From positions 173,352,001 to 173,416,000 of the forward strand of contig OZ024743.1 of assembly GCA_964016885.1 (NCBI GenBank): 64,000 nt of DNA, written 5' to 3'. A program made the translations under genes and the position numbers. The notes under the pieces were generated by a model. The model ran no database searches and was not told the origin of the DNA. It saw nothing but the letters and a program-made list of their open reading frames with translations. Every line of letters starts with the position of its first letter. Within the stretch, counting starts at the first letter, position 1. The DNA is from Eledone cirrhosa. Its lineage: Eukaryota. Shown here one piece after another: positions 12,018 through 25,698 of the stretch.

Positions 12018-12176
12018 TCATCATCATCATCGTTTAACGTCCATATTCCACGCTTGCATGGGTTTGGACGGGAGTTTTCCCACTTGAGGCAAGAGTGGTT
12101 ATCTTGCTCGCATAGGACTGTCTGGCGGGTTTTCTACGGCTGGATGCCCTTCCTAACACCAACCACATTTACAGTG
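12018..12176 (-). mobile_element. RTE LINE 3'-end fragment
   Basis: Matches 7557-7720 and 45492-45650; another copy on + at 53241-53425. Confidence 0.8.
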
Positions 12177-12215
12177 TGTATATGTATATATATATATATG
12201 TATGTATATATATAT

Positions 12216-13349
12216 GTATAGTGAGGAATTCCAGATACAAGTAGGAGTACATCAGGGTTCGGTCCTCAGCCCGCTCTTGTTCATTATAGTCCTCCAAGCC
12301 ATAACAGAGGAGTTTAAGACTGGCTGTCCATGGGAACTTCTCTATGCTGACGATCTGGCTCTTATAGCAGAATCAGTAGAGGAGCTAGAGAATAAATTCT
12401 GGCTATGGAAACAGCAGTTGGAAGCAAGAGGACTGAGAATGAACCTAGCTAAGACAAAAGTGTTGATGAGTAGAAAAGAGGACAAAACCCTGATTCCGTC
12501 AGGGAAATGGCCATGTTCGATATGCAGAAAAGGAACTGGCATAAATTCTATCAAATGCACATAATGCAGATCCTGGGTACACAAGAGATGTAGCGGGATA
12601 GCAGGCAAACTAACAGGTAGGAAGAAATATGTATGCAGTAGATGTACAGGGAAATTAGACAGTAGAAGTCGCATTGATAGACACATTTTTCAAATGCAGG
12701 AGGGCGCTATAGAAGTGGTTGATAGCTTCCGGTACCTAGGAGATCAGATTAGCATGGGAGGAGGGTGTTCCGAGGCCATAATATCTAGAATAAGGACGGG
12801 TTGGAAGAAGTTTAGGGAGCTGCTTCCTCTGTTGACAAAGAAGGGTTTCTCCCTGCGTACGAAAGGCCGGTTGTATGATGCCTGTGTGAGGAGCGCGATG
12901 CTGCATGGTAGTGAGACATGGGCAGCAACTGCAGAGGATATGCGACGGCTGGAGAGAAATGAGGCAAGCATGCTCCGTTGGATGTGCAGTGTAAATGTGC
13001 GTGAACGACCCAGCATAAATGTGTTGAGAGAGAAACTGTGTCTGAGAGGGATAGAATGTAGTGTACGGGAGAGGAGACTGAGGTGGTATGGACATGTGAT
13101 GCGCATGGAGGATGGCCGATGGGTGAAGAAGTGTCAGGAAATGCCAGTTGAAGGAAGACGTGGTAGAGGTAGACCACGAAAAACATGGGCGGAGGTGGTG
13201 AGAACAGACCTCAGATCATTGAAGCTCACGGTGGAGATGAAGAAGGACCGTGACGAGTGGAGAGATGCTGTGCTGAATAAGACCCATCCCACCCTTGCAA
13301 GCAGGGAAAAGCCAACGTAAAATGATGTTGATGATGATGATGATGATGA
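12216..13349 (+). mobile_element. 5'-truncated RTE LINE, second subfamily
   Basis: GVHQGSVLSP, CPWELLYADD, RLRWYGHVMR, GRPRKTW; ends in (GAT)n at 13323-13349. Confidence 0.9.
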
Positions 13350-14095
13350 TAAGGAAAAAAGATGAAATCGAAAATGCAACTGGAGTCTTTTTAAGAATAT
13401 TTATTTGTTTCCTTTACCGGTTTCACAGTTCTTATGCTTTTCAAAAGTAGAATTGAGATGGAGGGTTTATGGTTTTTCTCACATCTGGTTGGTGTTTGAA
13501 TGTTACTTCTGTTTTATGTGGAAAAAAGTGGCTCGAAATGGTAGGTTTTTTAGAAAAGTAATTTGGTTGGTTAATGACTGTCAGGTGAATAAGTATAATA
13601 AATTTTGTGCCAGTCACATTGTTTTTTCATATATGAGTGAAATTTGGTTGGTTGCTGCAATCACGTGAATAAGCACATTAACTTTCGCGCCAGTTCGTGT
13701 TTGAGGGTTCTTTATTTTCATTTTCACTTAAAAAGGTGGCTCAAAAATGTTTTTTTTTTATAGATGTAATTTGATTGGTTATGACTGTCATGTGAATAAA
13801 TGCATTAAATTTCGTGCCAGTTCCTATTTGAGAGTTCTTTGTTGCTGTTTTTCACAGTCACATGATTTGTAATAGAGAGTTTTGTGCCAAACAAAAGAAA
13901 AAGGGGATGGGGGAGAATTGTTCTGGTTCAGTGAGTATGGCTGATGCTGGAAATAAAGAAAATAGAGATATATATTTTTATTTGTGTGCTGGTGTGTGTG
14001 TAGGAAAATGATTCCATTAGTAGAAATGGGGAAGGGAGTTATGTGTGTGTGGGGGCGGGTATGGTTAGTATGTTAAGGTGTTAGAGTATTAACGT
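13350..14095. repeat. Unclassified dispersed repeat, present again (partly direct, partly inverted) at 24583-25700
   Basis: aagatgaaatcgaaaatg...aaaaagtggctcgaaa is shared with 24590-24800; 13600-14075 is inverted at about 24960-25620. Confidence 0.7.
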
Positions 14096-14199
14096 ATGTT
14101 AAGGTCTATTTAGCTCTGTTTTTTATTTTTGAATATAGGTGTTATGTGTGTATGTATGTGTCTGTTTGGATAGTTTGCATGTTATGGTGTTGACATAAT

Positions 14200-14866
14200 G
14201 TATATTGAACTATATTTAATGCTTTTGAATAAACATATTTTCCTTATTTATTTGTATTTAGTCTGTTGTATTGTGAGCGCAAAGATAAAGTGGGAAGACT
14301 TTGAATTTGGGTGTCTTATTATTTGCGCATATGTCTAGATGTGCACTGAATGGTATCTGTCTTGTGGTAGGGTCTCGTAATTGTTGGCGATGAACTGTCA
14401 TTCTGTTTCTGAGTGTGAGTTTAGTTTGTCCTATATAATCTTCATTGCATCCTTTACATTTAATGGCATAAATTAAATTTTTTGTTGAGCAAGTGAAGTG
14501 ACATTTTACAACAAAATTTTGTTGAGTAAGTGAAGTGATATTTTACAACAAAATTTTGTCCTAATTGAAATGTATAGATGGTGACTTCAATGAGGTGAGT
14601 GCAAGTTCCACAATTAGAGCGCCCACATTTTTTTACAGTTGGTCGTGGGTTTGTGGCAGGTAATTTGGCATTGGTGATTTAGGTTGTCTTTTGCTTTTGA
14701 TTATTTTTTGTGTTTCAAGTGTTTTTTTCATTCTTGGGTCTTGTTTCAATAGTGGGATGTTCTTGTGAATAATAATATGCGGATAATTTACGTCTTGATG
14801 TGGTAGCTGAGTATATTTTATCTTTATACCATTACTTACTTGTATAGGCAAGTATACCTTACCCAT
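14200..14866 (-). mobile_element. PLE GIY-YIG endonuclease remnant (Neptune-like zinc-finger linker)
   Basis: The minus strand translates CGRSNCGTC, LIYAIKCKGCNEDYIGQTKLTLRNRMTVHRQQ and HLDIC; frameshifted. Confidence 0.7.
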
Positions 14867-15049
14867 ATGTTTGTGTAGGTACGTATTATTTTTCGTACGT
14901 ATATATGCTTCTATAGTTTATATACGTGTATGTGTGTACATGGTTATGTGTATTTCGTTTTGGTGCGTCTATATATGTATGTGTATATGTGTGTGTGTAT
15001 ATATATGTATTTGTGTATATTTATGTGTATATATATGTATATATGTATG

Positions 15050-15134
<85 letters not shown>

Positions 15135-15142
15135 ATATATAT

Positions 15143-15780
15143 AGTTTCTGAATTTGTTTAGCAAGATTCTTTATCTGAAAACGTGTGTTGAAACCGATAT
15201 TGTTATACTTTGGGAGGGTCATGTTGCCAATAAGAAACACACGCACCAGTTGCTTTCACTTCAATTTATAATTTTAGGAATTTATAAATTTCCGGTTGGT
15301 TGGTTCCACTACCAGATGATTGTTTATATATTGTCAAAGTTCTTTCGTCACACATTCTGTGACCTCTTCAGTGACTGGGGATTCTTTTCTTTGTTTTTGT
15401 GCCTCTTCTTTGTTCTGTCCTATGCCATCTTGTTTTTGTGTGTGTTGTGTGCTTAGTTTGCGCATGTGTTACATCCGGGTGTCTGTGTGTGTTTATATTT
15501 GTTTATTTATTTGTTTATTTACATGTTACTGGTTGGTTGTTTGTTCTATGTGCGTGTGTGTTTTCATTTTGTCCTTAATTGTAAGTTGTGATGTTGCTGT
15601 TCCATTCATGTTTTCTATTTAATTTTGGTTGGAGTTCATTTATATTTATTGCCTCTGTGATTTGTCTAAAAAGACGCAATGTTTAGACAAATCACAGAGG
15701 CAATAAACATAAATGAACTTCAACCAAAATTAAATAGAAAACATGAATGGAACAGCAACATCACAACTTACAATTAAGGA
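15143..15780 (-). mobile_element. PLE-A pLTR with fold-back (arms 15572-15670 / 15681-15780)
   Basis: Reverse complement of 3270-3770, followed by a ~99-bp inverted copy of the endonuclease 3' end. Confidence 0.85.
15333..15375 (-). ncRNA. Minimal hammerhead, PLE-A pLTR
   Basis: gtca-CTGAAGA-g-gtcac agaatgt gtgac-GAAA-gaac-TT-tgac. Confidence 0.7.
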
Positions 15781-18700
15781 GACAGTTTATATGGGTAACA
15801 CATACCCCCGAAAAAATGTGAAACACTCATCACCAGGAGTACGAAGAGTTTGTACTCCTTTCCTCTCCTCCTCCTTTTCCTCAACCTACAGGCTGATATA
15901 CAGAGAAGGGCCATTCACTCGGGTCATTCTCGCCACTTTCACCCACCTTTCATAAAACTTGCTGGGGTACAGCACCTCTCTCTCCATCCTGATTCTTCTA
16001 CCAAAGTGGTATTTGAAAAAAAGAATCAGTTGTTGGCCGGAGAGAAAGGTGTCTGACTTCAGCCCTTTCAACCTTGTCCACCATACAACCTCTTTCGCCA
16101 TAGCTATCTCACAAAGAAAAACCGCCTCTCCTTCGTTTTTGAAGGAGGGTGGTGGTTTGATCATGACGATGGACTCGGTGGTCAACCGGATTGGTCCCAC
16201 CCGCGACAATAGTCGTTCTACATAGCCCCACAGGTCAGTGACGCCCGAGCAGTGTATGAATGCGTGCGCGACGGTTTCTTCGTCTCGCACGCACCTCGGA
16301 CAGATCTTTTTTGCAGGGTCCCTGCCCGGGCGCCCATGTCTGTAGAGCTTGTTTCGAACTGGTAGAGCTCCTCGGTAGCACTGCCGGGCCAGGGACTTTT
16401 GGAAGTTGTCCATCGGTGCCGAGCGGAAGGTCCTACCGAACAGACTGGCCAGTTCATCTTCCTCTACGCCTAGAGTTTCACCGAGCGCGTCGTCGCACTT
16501 GCTGCGGACCAACCCTCTATAGAATGACGAAGTGGAGTCTCCACTGATCGCCGGGTCCGCCTGCCAGAGGGCTGTGAGCGTCTGAACACATTCGATGTGC
16601 CAGTCGCCCATTTTCCTCGGTCTTTGCTTGACCCAGGACTGCAGCTCAGTCAGTGATACGAGTCGTGGGAAAGCTCGCCTCACGAACGGGGCCCACACCG
16701 GTTGTCCGGTGAGGAATACGTAGAGATTGCGCAGCCTGAGCGCGTGTTTGCGCATCGTCAACCACGGCATCTCCAGCCCTCCGTTAGAAGGGTGTTGGCA
16801 GCAGATGGATCTTCTCACCAAAGGAGCCCGCCTCTTCCAAAGGAATTGGAAGAGCGCGCCCTCCATTTTGGTGAGCGTTTTGGCTGGACAAGGCACGTCG
16901 GTCAAGCGGTAGTAGATGGCGGACGCTATAAAAGTGTTCGCCACCTCCGCTCGACCTTTCAAGGATAGTTTGTACTCGACCCATTTCTGGGTGAGTGCAA
17001 ACACCTTGGCCGTCACTTCGTTCCAGTTCTTCTCCACCTGGAGGTCCGGACCAAACCAGACCCCGAGCGGCTTTACCGGTCCTTCCGTCCAGCGTCCAAC
17101 GACGCCATTGGAAAGCATCGGTTTGCCTCTCCACGATCCGAATTGCAAACCGATTGACTTGTCCCGGTTCAGCTTCGCTCCTGTGAAACTTTCGTATTCC
17201 TTCAGTAAGGTGCCGACTTCCTCGATTTGCGAGGCGCTCGACACCATTACTGTCACATCGTCGGCGTAGGCTGACGCCGCTTTTCGCAGTCCCGGTTCCA
17301 GAGGGATGCCTTGCAATAGCTCCAACTTCCGCAGTAGTGGCTCGAGAGTCATTACGTACTGAAGGGAGGAGAGAGGGCATCCCTGTCGAATGGATCGCGT
17401 AATATGGAACGGCTCCGAGAGGTAGCCGTTCACCTTGACCCTTGAGCAGATGTTGCTGCTGTGCATTGCAGCAATCCAGCCCCTGAACACAGGTTCGAAG
17501 CCTGCCGCCTCGAGCACCGCATCCAGGTAACGATGGTCAAGCCTATCGAAAGCCTTAGACTTATCCAAGTTGATCAGGGCCCCACCGAAGCCGGCTTTAC
17601 ACCCTACCCTCTCTATGATGTATCGCATGAGGTGGAGGTTGTCGTGTATGGACCTGGTCGGGATTGCGCATGTCTGCGCTTCTCCCACCAGGTTCTCGAC
17701 GACAAGCGCCAGCCTCTTTGCCAACACCTTGGCCAAAATCTGTAACTCTGTGTTTAGCAGAGTTATGGGCCGGAAGTTGCCTAGTTCATCCCCTTATTCT
17801 CGTCCTTCCTGACTAGTGTGACTACGCCCCCGGTTACAGAACTGGGAATTCTCCCGTTCTGTTGCCAGTTGCTGTAGATCGCTTCCAGGAGACCGGAGAA
17901 TAAGTCCGGCATTGCTACGTAAAAGTCGTAGGGTAGACCGTCGAGATCTGGAGATTTGCGTTTGCCGCATTGGCTCAGCGTGTCCCCTATCTCAGCGGCT
18001 GAAATCGGCTTTTCGCAGAACTTTGACTCGCTGTCCGAGAGTCGCGGTAGGCCGTCGAGGTATGGACCGAAATCCATGGCTCCTCCCGGCGCCCCGCCCG
18101 AACAGTTGAGCAAAGTGCCGCTGAAAGGCAGCACACATCTGCTTCGGCTCACGTATCACGCGTCCGTTTTCGTCCTTCAAAGACCGAATCGTGGACTTGT
18201 TACCACTTTTTGCCTCCGTCACTCGGGCCCAGCTAACAGCTTTGGCTCCCTCGTTTCCCAGAGCACGTATTTTGCTTCTGACAACGCAGCCCTCGTGCTT
18301 TGCGTCGAAGAACTGGCCCAAGGCCGTTCTCGTTGCTAGCACGCTGGCTACGTTGCCACTTCTAATTGCCTCTTCTACTTCATCTACCAGTTCCTTCTCG
18401 GTTCTATTTCTATCTAACGCTAATTCTTTACTAAAAACTAACGAGTCTAATCTAACTGCCCTCTTGAGAGAGTACAACCATCTGTTGTTGACAATGGCCC
18501 CTGTCAAGTGCTGTTTAACTAAAGTCCGAATCCGTCTACTGTAGGCTTTGCTTGTCGGTAAAGTTCAGCTTCCAGTTGCCGGGTCCTTGTCTATGGGTTC
18601 TATCAAGGTTGGCCATGCAGGTCACTAGTTTGTGATCTGAATAGGCAACCATGAACATTTGTGGACAGCTTAACATGTCCCTATCCTTATTTCTAACTAG

Positions 18701-21460
18701 AACCCTATCTAGGTACGATCTAGATGTTCCGCTACGATTAGTCCACGTCCACAGTGGCACAGTCGGAAAATCTAGTCGATATCTATCGGCCAGTTCAAAT
18801 CGGTCGATTAACTGTTTGAGGCTGTTACACCCCCCTTTATCGGGACATGCTCCCACATAGTCCCAACGTGCATCTAGGATTCCATTCCAGTCCCCCACTA
18901 AAAACAAGAAGCGGGACGTTCCCAGAAAAGTCTCTAGACGTTTGAAGAAGTCTGGCCGCGGTGTCCCGGATGGGGCATATGCGGCCACCAGCCTGAAGGC
19001 TCCACCTTCACTACCGTCAACGTCTAGGTCCACCAGTCGACCCTCCGGGTCCAGATGTACGGTCTGTGTTACGAGGCCCAGGTGTTTCCGCAGCAAAACG
19101 GCAACTCCGCCTCCACCCCCCGGTTGACAGAGAGATGCGTAGATCTCAAAGTCATCGAAGATGGGGGCCAGCTGTCGCTCGCTGTGGATCCTGGACTCGC
19201 AAATGGCAACCACATCCATACTGTGCAACCTGAGGTCGTTTAAGAGTTTGCCCTGTTTCGCCCACTCAAGAGTTTGCCCTGTTTCCAGGGCATCCCCAGG
19301 CCGCGTACGTTCACACATCCAATTCTTATATTGGCCATGTTGGTGCTGAAAAGTTAAAAGAGGAAAAGAGATCACTCACACTTCGTATCCTGGATACCAG
19401 GCTGCACGATTTCCATGGGGGTGTTGGAGGGGTTGTCTGGGTGGGTGGTGGTTTCCGGCGGGGTGGAGACGGGGTGAGATGTTTGGTGGGGTGGGGTCTG
19501 GTGGGATGGGGGTGTCAGGGGTGGGGAGACATTTGAGAAGGACGCGGTTAAGTGGTTTCACGCAGGAATTCTCCACATCCTTCTCAAATGTTTCTTTTAG
19601 GGACCTATAAGTTTGTATAGGGACCCTAATCAGTTTTAGGTTCAGTTTTTTGTTATTTTTAATAGAGTGGGCGAAAGTTTTCCTTCGGTTTTCACCGAAG
19701 GGTCGTTCGTGATGGTCTCCATTAGTGTAATTTTCTTGTGTTGTGTTTGTTTTTGTCTGTAGTTCTTGTGTGTGCTTTCGTTTTGTTGTAGGTATTTTGT
19801 TTTCAGGAGGCGGGGGTTTTGTTTATGATGTTTTTGTTGTTTGTGTTGGTGGTTGTATGTTTGTGGTAGTGTTTGCTGGTTTTTTGCTTTTGTGATGTCT
19901 TTTCTTTCTTTTCGAGCGATGGGGTTCTCACTCGTCTTCACTGGGTGATGGCGAGATAGCCTAATCTGTTGTATCGTCTGTGTGATTGGGGAGGGGTATG
20001 TCTTGGGGAGCTGTTGTGTCTGTATGTGATTTTGCAGTGGTTTTAGGTGGAGTGGGGTTGGGTGGGACTGTGTTTGTTGTGGTTATTTTTGTGTCTTTGT
20101 GGTGGTGTTGGTGGTTGGTTTGTTTTGATGGGTGTCGGCAGAAGAGCCTTTTTTTTACTCATTAATTTAGGACAAGAAGCCCTCAGGTGACCCCTGCTAA
20201 AGCAGTGGTAACATGAAGGCCGCCTACCCTCAACCGAAAAGTTTTTGTAGGTGAGTCCGTCCAGGAGTACACGTTGGGGATCATAGCTATTCGCTCTGGG
20301 CTCATTTGCACCAGAACTTCAATGCTAGTCCCATTGAATACATCTCTGGGGGACTTTCCTACTGACAGTATTTTGTCTTCTTCAATATTGATGAAGCCGC
20401 ACAGTATCCACCATATGTTCACCTTTGGTGTGACACTCGTGATTTTAATCTTTTGTGTCCTTTTTCCCATGTATGTAGGGAAAAGGGTATACAGGTTGGA
20501 TATAATTGGCGACACAGAGTAATTTTGGGCCGTCAATTGATCCTTCATGAGTACCGAAATATTCCCAAAGAGTTTGCTTTTTTGAATGAATGCAATATTA
20601 TTCATTGAATTTTTGAAAACCAGTTCAATTTCTTTCTGTGACAATTGGACTGGTTTTCGGGTAGAATTGGAAACTGTCCTAAAAACTATCGTTTTGAGAG
20701 CAGTTTCCTTGCGAATTTCTACCGGAGAATTGATGCTAAGGCACCATTTTTTTCGAAAGTGACATATCTCCTAGCGTCCTTTAAAAGTTGTTCGGCATTT
20801 GTTATGTCGAGATATGTCAGTTCCTCCTTTTTTTAAACTGTCTGTGCAAATGAGTTTTTGGTTTCTTTGTGGAATTATCCGTGTTGGTGGTGTTGTCATT
20901 ATTGTTGTTTTTGTTGTTATTCTTGTTGTCACTGATGTTGATATTATTCGTATTTTCCTTGGTGTTGGTGTTGTTGTTGTCTTTGATGCTGGTGTTATTG
21001 GTGTTGTCTTTATTTTTTTCTTCTTTGTTGTTGTTGTCATTGTTGTTTTTATCATCATTATTGGTGTTGTTGTTATTTTTGTTGTCATTGAACTGTTTGG
21101 TGTCATTTGTGTTGTTTGAATATGAATTTGTTTTTACATTTTCATTTCGTCTTTCCATCTCCATAGTATCTAGGGAAGAAGACGATGTTGACTGCGAGCT
21201 ATGTAGTCTTACCGACTCTCCACCACCATTATCGTTGAACGCAGCGTTCATAACGTAATCAAACTACTTATGATATTTTTTCCAAAATTCGATGGAGAAA
21301 AAATTTTTCAAACGAATATTTCGCCCCTGTAGGGGCGAAAATGAGTTGACCTACCACCTGAAGTTCCAGACGGGGAGTCAAGTTACACAATAATATAAAA
21401 TTTAACTGAAAACTCACGTTTTTTCTTACATAAATTAACGGAAACTTCTCCGCGAAGTTA
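15781..21460 (-). mobile_element. Near full-length L1/Tx1-clade LINE (ORF1 plus APE-RT-zinc finger ORF2), frameshifted
   Basis: ORF2 pieces: 18536-19375 (DVVAICESR, VGDWN, YLDR, SDH), 17992-18507, 17781-18152 and 15886-17736 (RQGCPLS, AYADD, CPRC..ETVAHAFIHC). Upstream broken ORF1 with Asn/Thr-rich N-terminus at 20183-21251. Confidence 0.88.
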
Positions 21461-21468
21461 CACACGTC

Positions 21469-21469
21469 T

Positions 21470-21521
<52 letters not shown>
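21469..21521. repeat. (GATA)n microsatellite
   Basis: Seen directly. Confidence 0.95.
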
Positions 21522-21609
21522 TAATGTAGGAGGTGAGTTTTATTGTAGCAATGCAGATATCGGATAAGTAGCACTCTACAGTTTGTAAGACTGGAGTATA
21601 AATAATATA

Positions 21610-22057
21610 TAAGATCAAAAGATGGTTAAAAGAGTTCCATGTATTTTATTATGTGCATTTTAAAAACAAATATCATCATGCGATGACATTTGCGTTTTCG
21701 TCAGATAAAATAGGGAGACATGATATGAAGGTTAAAAAACACTTGTGAATAGTGCAGTTTTAAATCAACATATGTTGATTTAAATAAATATCATCATGCG
21801 ATGACATTTGCGTTTTCGTCAGATAAAATAGGGAGACATGATATGAAGGTTAAAAAACACTTGTGAATAGTGCAGTTTTAAATCAACATATGTTGATATG
21901 TTGATTTAAAACTGCACTATTCACAAGTGTTTTTTGACCTTCATATCATGTCTCCCTATTTTATCTGACGAAAACGCAAATGTCATCGCATGATGATATT
22001 TGTTTTTGAAATGCACATAATAAAATACATGGAACTCTTTTAACCATCTTTTGATCT

Positions 22058-22058
<1 letters not shown>
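21610..22058. repeat. Fold-back repeat of a hammerhead-bearing unit (direct partial copy plus inverted copy)
   Basis: 21610-21781, a partial repeat at 21786-21897, then the reverse complement to 22058. Turn-points are at the palindrome tcaacatatgttga. Confidence 0.85.
21957..22027 (+). ncRNA. Type-I hammerhead ribozyme, AUA site
   Basis: tattttat-CTGACGA-aaacgcaaatgtcatc gcat gatgatatttgttttt-GAAA-tgcac-ATA-ataaaata, with an 8-bp perfect stem I. The antisense copy at 21642-21712 has GAAA changed to AAAA. Confidence 0.82.
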
Positions 22059-22111
<53 letters not shown>

Positions 22112-22296
22112 ATAAACAACATAAGACAATTATTTCATTTACCAGTGGTTTCTTAAAAGCAAACAAATTTTGCTTTCAATCATCAGAATGAAAAAATCCT
22201 GGTGTATTTATTGACATTGAATTTTAAAAACAAAAATATAATCTATATGAAAGTGAGGCTGGAAAAGGAAGAAAGAAAGGAAAAATAAACACACAT

Positions 22297-22342
<46 letters not shown>

Positions 22343-22387
22343 ACATACACATATATATACACATACATACACACACACACACACATA

Positions 22388-22455
<68 letters not shown>

Positions 22456-22727
22456 CACATACATACGTAAAAATAAATACATACACACACACACACACAC
22501 ACATACATATACATATACACATACATGCACATATACATACACACACACATATATACATATATATATATACACATATATATACATACATATGCATACAAAT
22601 ACATACACACACATATCTATGTATGTAAAACTCATTCTTAGATGTATTCATATGAACCTTGTTTAACTCTTAAATATATATATATATACATATATATATA
22701 TACACACACATATATATACACATTCAT

Positions 22728-22792
<65 letters not shown>

Positions 22793-23188
22793 AGAAAATA
22801 CATAAATATTATATATATATAAAAATATTAAGTTGATAATACGACAAATAATAAATAAATAAATAATTAGAAAAGGGTATAAATGTTTATAGCTGATTTA
22901 GAGCACTCAACAAATTCCTGGAGCAAATGATCAATGAAAATAAGCATTAAATCACTGTATGTAATTATGCACATACATATACATACATATATATATACAC
23001 ACACACTCACACAACCATACAAATACACACACATATACATACATATACGTATATATATACACATATAGGAAAAAGTATGACCCCACGGCAGAGCTCAAGC
23101 CGTTTCTGAGGCTATTATATATATACACACAAAAACAATTATATAAAAATACACACACACAAATATACACACGCACACACACACACAC

Positions 23189-23290
<102 letters not shown>

Positions 23291-23689
23291 CACACACAAA
23301 TACAACAGACGCATATAAAATATAATTATATACACACATACATATACATACAGATATATATAAACATATATACACATATACATATACATACATATATATA
23401 TATGTATATACATATATACACATATACGCAACACACACACACAGAAATAAATATCTAAAAATAAAAAAGGTGGGTTTGTGAAGGGTAAGGTAGAAAGTAG
23501 GGGGGGAAATAAGGACGATAAATGACATAGGAAAAGGTTTAAATATAAGGGGAGATAAGGGAGAAAAAGAATATGAGTACAGAAAGTGAATTCAGAAGGT
23601 AAAAAAATCGTAGTGGATGTAAGGCGTAGAGAGCAGAGAAGAAGTTCAAAGTGGTTGAGTTATCGTAGGAATGTCAATCCAGTTACAGA

Positions 23690-24440
23690 TCAGATGTGAT
23701 TTCAGGTGAGGACAACATCTGAAGATCTCGGTCTTGGAGTTCATGCAAGTTGAAGTGGCTTTCAATTTTGTAAAATCCTAAATTTTTCAGTGGTGCACAA
23801 AGAACAATTCTTTGTGCCCCTTTGGTACTCCCTCGAATGGTCTAAAATAGACCAATCGATAGAGTACGGGATGTTTTTATACTTGAATTCCCACACCTTA
23901 TTTGCGAGAGCCGTTGCTGTTCTTTTATCGGAGTGTTTAAAAGAAGCGACATGTGCATAAAACCTGGTTTTAAACCTGTCCTGAGTCATGCCAACATATC
24001 GTTCACTCCTGGCTGGCTGGTTGTTAATTAAAGGTGTCACTTTGGCCTCATATACAGCGGATTTGGTGTTAAATTTGCCCTGTAATGGGCATTCATCCGG
24101 CTTCCTGCAACTGCATCCTGGATTTATTCTCGTACGATCGGAATTAGTGATTTTAGACCTCATTGATGGGCAGCTAGAGTAACTGATTTTAACTACATTT
24201 CTATTAAATATCTTATATCTATGATTAGGAGGAAAATGTTTATCTAAGAGGTCAAGGAATTTCCTTCCTACATTAGTTTTGACAGTTAGAGAGAAGGGGG
24301 GTGTAAACCAAATAATTTTCCTTTTCCTATTATTGTGGTTATTTTTTTTTTGGGGGGGGGGGGGGAGTAGGTAAATAATTAATTTGTTCTGTAAATCCGC
24401 TATTATTAAGGGCTTTATTATAAAAAGCTCTGTAACCTAC
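23690..24440 (-). mobile_element. 5'-truncated Hydra-clade-like PLE endonuclease
   Basis: IIWFTPPFS upstream. ORF 23762-24163 has CSCRKPDECPLQG, YVGMTQDRFKTRFYAH and CSLCTTEK, with a frameshifted CMNSKTEIFRCCPH tail. Confidence 0.8.
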
Positions 24441-25698
24441 ATAGAGCACTCTTTTTTCCTGGACCTTTCCGATGGAATTACTTCATTTACACATATATAT
24501 ATATATATATATATTATTAGAAAGTGAGGTTTTTTTACAAAATGAAATATAACCGAGGTGTCCTACACGAGTGAAAGTATAAAGAAAAAAAGATGAAATC
24601 GAAAATGTAACTGGAGTCTTATTTTTTAAAAAATATATATATTTATTTGGTTCCTTTACCGGTTTCGCAGTTCTTCTGCTTTTCAAAAGTAGAGTTGAGA
24701 TGGAGGGTCTGTGGTTTTTCTCACATCTGGTTGGTCTTTGAATGTTACTTGTTTTATATGGAAAAAAGTGGCTCGAAACGCCAGGTTTTTAGAGAAGTAA
24801 TTTGATTGGTTGGTCAATAATTATAATAAATTTCGCGCCAGTTCGCGTTACAAAGTTTGTACAACAGAACAAATACGAATAAATAAGGAAAATATGTTCA
24901 TTCAAAAATATTTCTACTAACGGAATCATTTTCCTACACACACACACACACAAAATATATATTCTCTTCATCTTAACATGCTAACCATACTCCCACACAC
25001 ACATAACACCCATACACACACATAACACCCATACACACACACAACTTCCTCCCCCATTTCTACTAATAGAATCACTTTCCTACACATACACACACAAAAA
25101 AAATATACATATATTCTCTCCATCTTAACATACTCCCCCCCCCCCCCCACACATAACACCCATATACACACACACAACTACCTCCCCCATTTCTACTAAT
25201 AGAATCATCTTCCTATACACACACACAAGCACACAAATAAACATGCATATCTCTACTGTCTTTATTTCAATAGAAAGTCTGAATTCTGACACCCCAGCAA
25301 ACCAGCCATATTCACTGAACCAGAAGAATTCTCCCCATCCCATTTCTCTTGACCATTATCTTTTGTTTGTCATAAAATTCTCTAAAAGGCTACAAAATAA
25401 ATTCCCAAATACGGGCGGGAAATTTAATGAACTTGTTCACATGACAGTCATAATTTCATTTATAACCAATCAAATTACATTTATTAAAAAAAGCCCTCGT
25501 GAGCCCCTTTTTATAAGTAAATAAGTAAAAAGAAATTCAAACAAACTGCCGCGAAAGCTGATGTGCTTATTTACATGACTGCATCAACCAACCAAACTTC
25601 ACTCATATATGAAAAAACAACCTGAGCCCCCCCCCCCTGTTTGAAGAACTTTGTAACGCGAACTGGCGCGAAATTTATTATACTTATTGAGCAACCAA

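Noticed and set aside
15172-15207. tat-ctgaaaacgtgtgttgaaac..gtt-ata as a second, opposite-strand hammerhead in the PLE-A pLTR
   Set aside because: The core lacks the GA of CUGANGA, and the pairing is short enough to be chance.
23762-23764. In-frame TGA in a PLE endonuclease as possible selenocysteine
   Set aside because: The conserved continuation (CMNSKTEIFRCCPH) is in another frame, so this is a frameshift and not a Cys-position UGA.
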